Positions 42,846 to 49,453 of a stretch of DNA of 64,000 bases are shown piece after piece. The position numbers and the translations under genes are program-made. The notes under the pieces were generated by a model that saw only the letters and a list, made by a program, of their open reading frames with translations, was not told the origin of the DNA and ran no database searches. Position 1 is the first letter of the stretch. Every line of letters starts with the position of its first letter. This stretch comes from Halarcobacter sp. (GTDB taxonomy: Bacteria > Campylobacterota > Campylobacteria > Campylobacterales > Arcobacteraceae): the NCBI GenBank assembly GCA_963676565.1, contig OY781089.1, positions 1,888,001 through 1,952,000 of the forward strand, given 5' to 3'.

Positions 42846-44582
42846 ATGAAGAAAACAATGGTAATTAAAAGGTTTTTTGCTTATTCTGAAGTTAATAATA
42901 AATATTTTAATGCAAACTTTATTGATGGAGTAAATATTGTTTATGGCAAAAATACTTCTGGGAAAAGTACACTCTTACAATCATTACTTTATACTTTTGG
43001 AATAAATGATGAGATAACAAAATTAAAAGATGTTTTAGATGAAAAAGTTATTTTTAGAATAGATTTTGATTTAGTTAGTGATAGCATAGAACATGTAAGT
43101 ATTGTTAGAGATGATGAGCTTATAATAATTAAAAGAGATAATATACCTATTAAGAAATTCATAGGTATAAGTGGTGATAAATCAGCGGAACATAAAGCTT
43201 TGAAGTTATATTTAGGAGAACTATTTAATTTTACTTTACATTTGGAAAGTTCTGGTGAATATAAACAAGCCTCTATAGAGTCTATGTTTTTACCTTATTA
43301 TGTGGCACAAGATGTGGGATGGGTATATAGACATAAATCATTTAGAGGATTGGATTTTATAAAAAACTTTAAAAGGGATTTTTTTGACTATTATTTAGGA
43401 ATCATTAATGATTATGATAGGGAAGAAAAAACTAAATTAGAAAAAGAAAAAGCTGAATTTGAAAATGAAATTAAGTTTTTATCTAATTTTGAAAGAAAAA
43501 GTGATGATATTTTATTATCTAAATTAAAGGATGAAAAATTTGTTATAGAAGCTAATAAATATATAGATGAATACACTAAAAACAAAACAGAACTAATAAA
43601 ACTTGAGAAGGATTATATTCTTAAATCAAATAAACTTTCTTATTTAGAAGAAAGAAAAAAAATTTTAAATAAAGTAAAAACTGCATTAAAGAAACAAGTT
43701 CCTTTAGAGTGTAATTGTCCTACATGTAATCAGAAATTACCTAATAACATTGAAGCAATATATACATATTATCAAAATATTAATGATAATAATAAACAAA
43801 TTAGTGATATCAATAAAAAAATAGAAGAATTAAAGAAGCTTAAAGGAACTATTAATTCCTTAGAAAAAAAGATTCAAGAATTAAAAACTTTAATTTTCAA
43901 AGATTATGAGATTTTATCAAAATATCAAATTGATGAATTAAGCTTTGAAACATGGATCACTAATAAAACTAATGTAAAATTATCTGAAAATATAGAACAA
44001 AAAATTGGAAAAATAGTAATTGAACTTGATAAAGTGGATGAGAAATTAAAAGCATTTAAAACTGATAAGGAAATATTGTCAGAACGTAGTAAAATGGATT
44101 ATAAGTTTAAAATTTATTTTGAACGATATCTTAAGGATTTAGGTGTTAAAGAGTTTGATAATGATAGGTTTCTTCTATTATACAAAATTCCTGCATTTCC
44201 AAGACAAGGTGTAGAACTTTTAAAAACCTTACTCGCTTATAATTTTGCATTTAATAAGATAATTGAAGAAACTAGTTATGTACATAGATTCCCCTTTTTA
44301 CTAGATGCAATTTTTGAGGGTGACTTTGAAGATGATAATAGAGAAAAAGTATTAAGTTTTATTAGTAAAAATTATCCATCTGATACTCAACTAATTTTTT
44401 CAATAGCTGACTCAAAAAACAATCAAATTTCAGTAAATGATTATAATGAAAAATTTTTTCATAAAAATGCTAGTCTTATATGTATTGGAAATAATGAAAA
44501 TGAGAGAGCTTTTTTAAGTAAATATCAAAATGAATTTGATGATTATTTGGATGAGACGTTAGAACTTATTAATTATATTTAA
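42846..44582 (+). CDS. SMC/Rad50-like ABC ATPase, putative Lamassu sensor LmuB
   Basis: Walker A GKNTSGKS, YVAQDVGW Q-loop, coiled coil with a CPTC Zn hook and FLLDA Walker B; 578 aa. Confidence 0.75.
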   Translation: MKKTMVIKRFFAYSEVNNKYFNANFIDGVNIVYGKNTSGKSTLLQSLLYTFGINDEITKLKDVLDEKVIFRIDFDLVSDSIEHVSIVRDDELIIIKRDNIPIKKFIGISGDKSAEHKALKLYLGELFNFTLHLESSGEYKQASIESMFLPYYVAQDVGWVYRHKSFRGLDFIKNFKRDFFDYYLGIINDYDREEKTKLEKEKAEFENEIKFLSNFERKSDDILLSKLKDEKFVIEANKYIDEYTKNKTELIKLEKDYILKSNKLSYLEERKKILNKVKTALKKQVPLECNCPTCNQKLPNNIEAIYTYYQNINDNNKQISDINKKIEELKKLKGTINSLEKKIQELKTLIFKDYEILSKYQIDELSFETWITNKTNVKLSENIEQKIGKIVIELDKVDEKLKAFKTDKEILSERSKMDYKFKIYFERYLKDLGVKEFDNDRFLLLYKIPAFPRQGVELLKTLLAYNFAFNKIIEETSYVHRFPFLLDAIFEGDFEDDNREKVLSFISKNYPSDTQLIFSIADSKNNQISVNDYNEKFFHKNASLICIGNNENERAFLSKYQNEFDDYLDETLELINYI

Positions 44583-44606
44583 GAAAATAGAAAATAGGGG
44601 TCAGGT

Positions 44607-44697
44607 GATAACGATAACTTTCTTTTAAATTAGATAGATTACAGTATTGCAAAGTGCAATATTTATAAGTAAAGATATTTTTTAATGTTATTATATT
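44607..44697 (+). repeat. Dispersed ~90-bp intergenic repeat, copy 1
   Basis: Aligns with 48536-48622. Contains the palindrome TATTGCA-AAG-TGCAATA and an extended -10-like TGTTATTAT. Confidence 0.75.
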
Positions 44698-44766
44698 TCA
44701 AAAGTTTTATAAACCATTTTCCTGACTTCGGGAACATGGTTATCAAATCCAATAAAAGGTTTTATT

Positions 44767-45165
44767 TTGGAACAAGATTATAACAACTGGAACAATATTA
44801 AAAAAGAAATTGCAAAAGATAATATATCTGTAGGATTTAAAAATAGAGATATATTTTATATGAATATGGGCAAAAATATTGGTTTTGAACAAGATGGCAA
44901 AGGTAAAAACTTTGTTCGTCCTGTAGTCGTTGTGAAAGGGTTCAATAAAAATATGTTTTTTGGTATTCCTTTATCTACAAAAATAAAAGAGGGTAAGTTT
45001 TATTATAGATTTTCATTTTATAAAAAAGATAAAGAAGTAGAAAATATTGCTTTGTTATCTCAAATGAGACTTTTCAGTACAAAAAGACTTTTAAATAAAA
45101 TTGGAATGATGAATATTGGGGATTTTAAAAATATGAAAAATAAATTTAAAGAATTGATAGATTAA
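44767..45165 (+). CDS. Orphan PemK/MazF-family endoribonuclease toxin
   Basis: G(K)NIGFEQDGKG..FVRPVVVV, GIPLST and LSQMRLFSTKRL motifs. TTG start. No protein antitoxin ORF adjacent. Confidence 0.8.
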   Translation: MEQDYNNWNNIKKEIAKDNISVGFKNRDIFYMNMGKNIGFEQDGKGKNFVRPVVVVKGFNKNMFFGIPLSTKIKEGKFYYRFSFYKKDKEVENIALLSQMRLFSTKRLLNKIGMMNIGDFKNMKNKFKELID

Positions 45166-45259
45166 CCCCATCAAAAAGATGGGTCGTCCCGTAGGAATTT
45201 AGAATATGATTATAACACAAATTATAAATAAATGCAACAACAAACAAAGGTAAATTACA

Positions 45260-46735
45260 ATGAACCTATCTAAATCCCTCTACACAAAAGGTATCCAATG
45301 CCCCAAAGCACTTTGGCTTAAAAAATATAAGCCAAGTGTTCTAACACCACCAGATGAACAAGCCCAAGCTATATTTGAAACTGGAAATATAGTAGGGGAT
45401 TTAGCTTGCCAGCTTTTCCCTGATGGTAGGGAAGTGGCATATACTACAAGTTATGATGAGATGATATATACTACAAAAGAGTGGATGGAAGAGGGTGTAT
45501 CAAATATCTATGAAGCTACTTTTAGCTATGAGGGCATACTTATCATGGTAGATATTTTAAAAGTAGAAAGTGATGGTGTATCTATCTATGAGGTTAAAAG
45601 TTCTACTGAGGTAAAAGATATTTATATTCATGATGTATCTATTCAGTATTATGTTTTACAAAACTTAGGCTTTAGTATAAAAAGTGCAAGTGTAGTGCAT
45701 ATAAACAATGAGTATGTAAGATGTGAGTCTTTAGAGTTATACAAGCTTTTTAAGATAGTTGATGTCACAAGTGAAGTACAAAGCTTACAATCAAATATCC
45801 CAAATATATTAAAAGAGTTTGAAATCTATTTAGAAGATAAAGTAAATGAGCCAGATATAGATATAGGAAAACATTGTAATAAACCTTATGAGTGTGATGC
45901 TAAAAATTATTGTTGGAAAGTACAAAGGCAGATACCTGAGTACTCTATCTTTAATATTTTCAATCTAGGAAGTAAAAAGCAAGTGGAATTATACAATCAA
46001 GGTATCATAGATATAGAAGATATCCCAGTAGATTTTGATATGACTGCAAACCAAAAACAAGCAGTAGAAAACTACAAATCAAAAGCAAGCTATATAGACA
46101 AAGAAAATATCAAAGCCTTTTTAGAAAACCTCAGATATCCAATCTATCACTTAGACTTTGAAACCTACCAACAAGCCATACCACAATACAAAGGTATAAA
46201 ACCCTTCGAGCAAATCCCTTTTCAATACTCACTTCATATAGAGTATGAAGATGGTACTTTGGAGCATAAAGAGTATTTGAGTGAGGATAGTGTAGATAGT
46301 AGATATGAATTAGCACAAAAACTATGTGAAGATATCCCAAGTGATGTTACAGTATTAGCTTACAATATGAGTTTTGAAAAAGGTGTGATAAAAAGACTAG
46401 CAAACCTTTTCCCTGACCTAAGCTCACACCTACTAGCTATAAATGAAAATATGCAAGACCTAATGCTACCTTTCCAAAAAAAGTGGTATCTAACACCAAG
46501 TATGAAAGGAAGCTACTCTATAAAGTATGTATTACCAGCACTTGTACCAGAGTTTGAAAAAGCATATAAAGAGTTAGAAGGTGTACAAAATGGAAGCCAA
46601 GCTATGAATGCCTTTACAAATCTAAGTAAACTAGATGAGGTAAGTAAACAGAAGATGAGAACTTCACTTTTCGAGTATTGTAAACTTGATACGTTAGCTA
46701 TGGTGAAGATATTAAATAAATTGAAGGGAGTTTAA
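45260..46735 (+). CDS. DUF2779-like protein: Cas4/AddB-type Fe-S PD-(D/E)XK nuclease fused to a DEDD/RNase H-like domain
   Basis: LSKS..QCPK (Cys1), DIL..EVKSS, HC..YEC...YC (Cys2-4), then LDFET, YNMSFE and YCKLD exonuclease motifs. Confidence 0.75.
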   Translation: MNLSKSLYTKGIQCPKALWLKKYKPSVLTPPDEQAQAIFETGNIVGDLACQLFPDGREVAYTTSYDEMIYTTKEWMEEGVSNIYEATFSYEGILIMVDILKVESDGVSIYEVKSSTEVKDIYIHDVSIQYYVLQNLGFSIKSASVVHINNEYVRCESLELYKLFKIVDVTSEVQSLQSNIPNILKEFEIYLEDKVNEPDIDIGKHCNKPYECDAKNYCWKVQRQIPEYSIFNIFNLGSKKQVELYNQGIIDIEDIPVDFDMTANQKQAVENYKSKASYIDKENIKAFLENLRYPIYHLDFETYQQAIPQYKGIKPFEQIPFQYSLHIEYEDGTLEHKEYLSEDSVDSRYELAQKLCEDIPSDVTVLAYNMSFEKGVIKRLANLFPDLSSHLLAINENMQDLMLPFQKKWYLTPSMKGSYSIKYVLPALVPEFEKAYKELEGVQNGSQAMNAFTNLSKLDEVSKQKMRTSLFEYCKLDTLAMVKILNKLKGV

Positions 46736-46736
46736 A

Positions 46737-47153
46737 TTGGAAGAAAAAAAAGAAGAGAATAAAAATATTTTAGAAATAGAATGTCCCCATTGTAGTGAGG
46801 CAAATACAATAAAACTGTCAAATGAAATTAAATGTAAAAAATGTAATAAAACATTACAAGGATTTAAATATAAAAGTATTATATTAAGTGGATTAACAAC
46901 TTTAATTATAGGATCCGGAATTGGTGTTACAGCAGATGCTTATTTAAATATTAATAGAGCATCAGTTAAAACTGAATATAAGATGATGAAAACATGTATT
47001 AGTAATCATGGGAATTATAAAAGTGTAAGAGATAATTGTGCTTGTGCAGTTGAATCAATGCTTGGAGTTATAGATGCACAAAAAGCTAGACTTTATTCAG
47101 GTGAATGGTTAGAAAATATTTTAAATGAAAAATATAAAGATTGTAGGGACTAA
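46737..47153 (+). CDS. Hypothetical zinc-ribbon plus transmembrane protein
   Basis: CPHC...CKKC ribbon, hydrophobic helix (IILSGLTTLIIGSGIGVTA) and a Cys-containing C-terminal domain. TTG start. Confidence 0.65.
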   Translation: MEEKKEENKNILEIECPHCSEANTIKLSNEIKCKKCNKTLQGFKYKSIILSGLTTLIIGSGIGVTADAYLNINRASVKTEYKMMKTCISNHGNYKSVRDNCACAVESMLGVIDAQKARLYSGEWLENILNEKYKDCRD

Positions 47154-47482
47154 TCAAACCAATGTTCTGGTTTTTCATCATCTAAAAGTTCTTGAATAAA
47201 ATATGTTTCATTTAAGAACTTGTAAAAATCATTAAGTTGATTTATTGTTTCTCTTTGGAAATTTCTTTTTTCTTCTATGCCTTCTTTCCATCGTTCGATT
47301 TTTCTTTTTAAATTCTTTACTTCTGTATCTTCTTCAAGATGGATACTTAAATAAAATTTTGCAAAACCATATATATTGTTTGGTTCAAATTTATCTGTTT
47401 CTTGTATCTCTTTTTCAAATAAATTCCATAGATTTACAAATTCTTCATAATTAGAATTTTTTGTCCCCATTTTTGTCCCCAT
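47150..47482 (-). CDS. Hypothetical helical protein, putative DNA-binding regulator, divergent from the peptide/Thg1 operon
   Basis: 110 aa; begins in a 12-bp tandem duplication (MGTKMGTK). Function is inferred from position only. Confidence 0.55.
   Translation of the reverse strand: MGTKMGTKNSNYEEFVNLWNLFEKEIQETDKFEPNNIYGFAKFYLSIHLEEDTEVKNLKRKIERWKEGIEEKRNFQRETINQLNDFYKFLNETYFIQELLDDEKPEHWFD
47459..47482. repeat. Perfect 12-bp direct repeat TTTTGTCCCCAT x2
   Basis: Copies at 47459-47470 and 47471-47482; GC-rich core in an AT-rich divergent promoter region. Confidence 0.85.
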
Positions 47483-47545
47483 AATAATTGTTAATATTCT
47501 AAATAGTTATTTAAATAATAACTAAAAAATCAAAAGGAGAAGATT

Positions 47546-47686
47546 ATGTCAAACAATAATCATAAAGCAAATCAAGGAAATTCAAACAAAGGTACAAGTG
47601 GTACAAATAGTGCCTATGCAAAAGTTCATGGAAATAGAGGTACCCAAATGAATCCAAATAATACAAAAGGTTCAAGGGGTAAATAA
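47546..47686 (+). CDS. Unannotated 46-aa Asn/Gly-rich peptide
   Basis: AAGGAG RBS; MSNNNHKANQGNSNKGTSGTNSAYAKVHGNRGTQMNPNNTKGSRGK*. Its stop overlaps the next ATG (TAATG). Confidence 0.8.
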   Translation: MSNNNHKANQGNSNKGTSGTNSAYAKVHGNRGTQMNPNNTKGSRGK

Positions 47687-48477
47687 TGGACTTAAATAAA
47701 GAGTTAGAAACATTATTTGAAAAGTATAAAAGAATTGAACACGAATCATTAAAAATTGATATAGTTCCAGATAATAAATTTTTAGTTGTAAGGCTTGATG
47801 GATTTAAAGTAACAAAAAACTATTTAAAAGATGTTATTGTAAATGAAAAACTTACGAATGCTATGAACTATTCAATTAATCAACTTTTTAAAAGGTTTAG
47901 AACTTATTTTACTAATGAATATTCTTCTTCAATAATAGGGACATTTTATGCAAACGATGAAGTTTCAATAATCCTCTCTAATAAAATGAATTTATCAAAA
48001 GATACTTATGGGCGAAACCTAGAAATAAAAAGAGTAATGAAAGTTTGTACAATATTTGCAGGAGCAATTTCATCATTTATGACAGAAAAAATGAATGAAA
48101 TTTTATATTTTGATGCAAGACCATTAATATTAAGTCAAAATGAACTTGGAGAATATATTTATTCAAGGCAATTAGTGGCTACTAGATATGCTTACTGGAA
48201 AATATTAAGATTAAATAATATAGAAGGATGGGAACAGGATTTTTATAAAAAAGATTTATTGAATTCTAAAAATAAAGTTAGTGAAATAGGTAAACGACAG
48301 GATGCGAATAAAATTATTAATTCATATTCTTATAATTTGATTGATAATAATATTAAACCTTCTTTTGTTTCATATAATCTATTCAAAAAGTATAACAATA
48401 GTGATGAAATTCAGAAATCAATTGATGAAAAAATTAATCAAATTATAATGTCAAGAGAGAAAATAGTGAAAATTTAA
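47686..48477 (+). CDS. Thg1-like (tRNA-His guanylyltransferase family) 3'-5' nucleotidyltransferase, divergent
   Basis: VVRLDG (D38), FYANDEVSI (D91/E92), YFDARP and YIYSRQ correspond to the Thg1/TLP motifs RxDG, SDE, FDxR and YxxWRQ. Confidence 0.8.
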   Translation: MDLNKELETLFEKYKRIEHESLKIDIVPDNKFLVVRLDGFKVTKNYLKDVIVNEKLTNAMNYSINQLFKRFRTYFTNEYSSSIIGTFYANDEVSIILSNKMNLSKDTYGRNLEIKRVMKVCTIFAGAISSFMTEKMNEILYFDARPLILSQNELGEYIYSRQLVATRYAYWKILRLNNIEGWEQDFYKKDLLNSKNKVSEIGKRQDANKIINSYSYNLIDNNIKPSFVSYNLFKKYNNSDEIQKSIDEKINQIIMSREKIVKI

Positions 48478-48535
48478 CTAGCTAACACCTCTGAGGATGA
48501 ATCTCCACTTTTACTAAGGAAGCTCTTAGTGAATA

Positions 48536-48622
48536 GATAGCGATGACTATTTTAAATTAATAGATTATGATATTGCAAAGTGTAATACTTTTTAATAAAA
48601 ATATTTTTTTATGTTATCATTT
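48536..48622 (+). repeat. Dispersed ~90-bp intergenic repeat, copy 2
   Basis: GATAGCGATGACTATTTTAAATTAATAGATTATGATATTGCAAAGTGTAATAC...ATGTTATCATTT, homologous to 44607-44697. Confidence 0.75.
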
Positions 48623-48683
48623 ATGGATATTTCCTAAAAATAGAAAAACGATAAATATATTTATTTCAAAGTAGGGCAGTAAT

Positions 48684-49322
48684 ATGAATGAAGTAATAAT
48701 TGATGAAGATATAAAAAATAAAATCTATACTATAAGAGATATGCAAGTTATGCTTGATAGTGACTTAGCAAAACTTTATGATGTGGAATCTAAAAGACTT
48801 AATGAACAAGTAAAAAGAAATATTGCACGATTTCCCCAACAGTTTCGTTTTCAACTTACTGAAGAAGAATATCAAAACTTGAGGTCGCAATTTGCGACCT
48901 CAAGTTCAAATGATTCTTTAAGGTCGCAATTTGCGACCTTAGAAAATATGAGAGGAAAGCATAGGAAATATTTACCTTATGTATTTACAGAGCAGGGTGT
49001 TTCTATGCTTTCAGCAGTACTTAAAAGTGATAAAGCTATTGAGATAAGTATCCATATTATAAATAGTTTTGTTAAGATGAGACAATTTTTGTCACACAGT
49101 GGTGATGTATTTAAACGACTAGAATTAGTTGAAAAAAGGCAAATAACTTATGAAATAAAAACAGATAAAAAATTTGAAAATTCACATGATAGATTTTTGA
49201 TATTAGATGATAAAGAACTTTACCATATAGGAGCTAGTTTGAAAGATTTAGGTAAAAAGTGGTTTGCTTTTTCAAAGATGGATTTAAGAAGTTTTGATGT
49301 TTTAGAAAGGTTAGAAACTTGA
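48684..49322 (+). CDS. ORF6N-domain DNA-binding protein (probably with an internal deletion)
   Basis: IYTIRDMQVMLDSDLAKLYDVE..RLNEQVKRNIARFP..F.FQL and PYVFTEQGVSMLS; C-terminal HDRFLILD..YHIGASLKDLGKKWF. Confidence 0.85.
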   Translation: MNEVIIDEDIKNKIYTIRDMQVMLDSDLAKLYDVESKRLNEQVKRNIARFPQQFRFQLTEEEYQNLRSQFATSSSNDSLRSQFATLENMRGKHRKYLPYVFTEQGVSMLSAVLKSDKAIEISIHIINSFVKMRQFLSHSGDVFKRLELVEKRQITYEIKTDKKFENSHDRFLILDDKELYHIGASLKDLGKKWFAFSKMDLRSFDVLERLET

Positions 49323-49358
49323 TACTTTGGCTATGGTGAAGATATTGAAGAAGTTGAA
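49315..49358 (+). repeat. Diverged duplicate of the 3' end of the DUF2779-like gene
   Basis: 39/44 identical to 46682-46725; reads KLDTLAMVKILKKL. Confidence 0.85.
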
Positions 49359-49453
49359 AATTGAAATTTTCAACTTACATTTTTAGGTAATGTTATTATA
49401 ATCTTCTTTTACTATAGTGCAAATATTATATTATGCTTTATATGGAGAAAAAT

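Noticed and set aside
37160..44606. tRNA-Glu as an att site, with GGGGTC at 44597 as attR
   Set aside because: The match to the tRNA 3' end is only about 6 nt, and no integrase is present in the window.
48472..48535. attC-like site after the Thg1-like gene (ATTTAAC/GCTAAC plus hairpin TTACTAAG..CTTAGTGA)
   Set aside because: I could not find a complementary GTTRRRY box or L boxes. It is at most a degenerate remnant and needs IntegronFinder.
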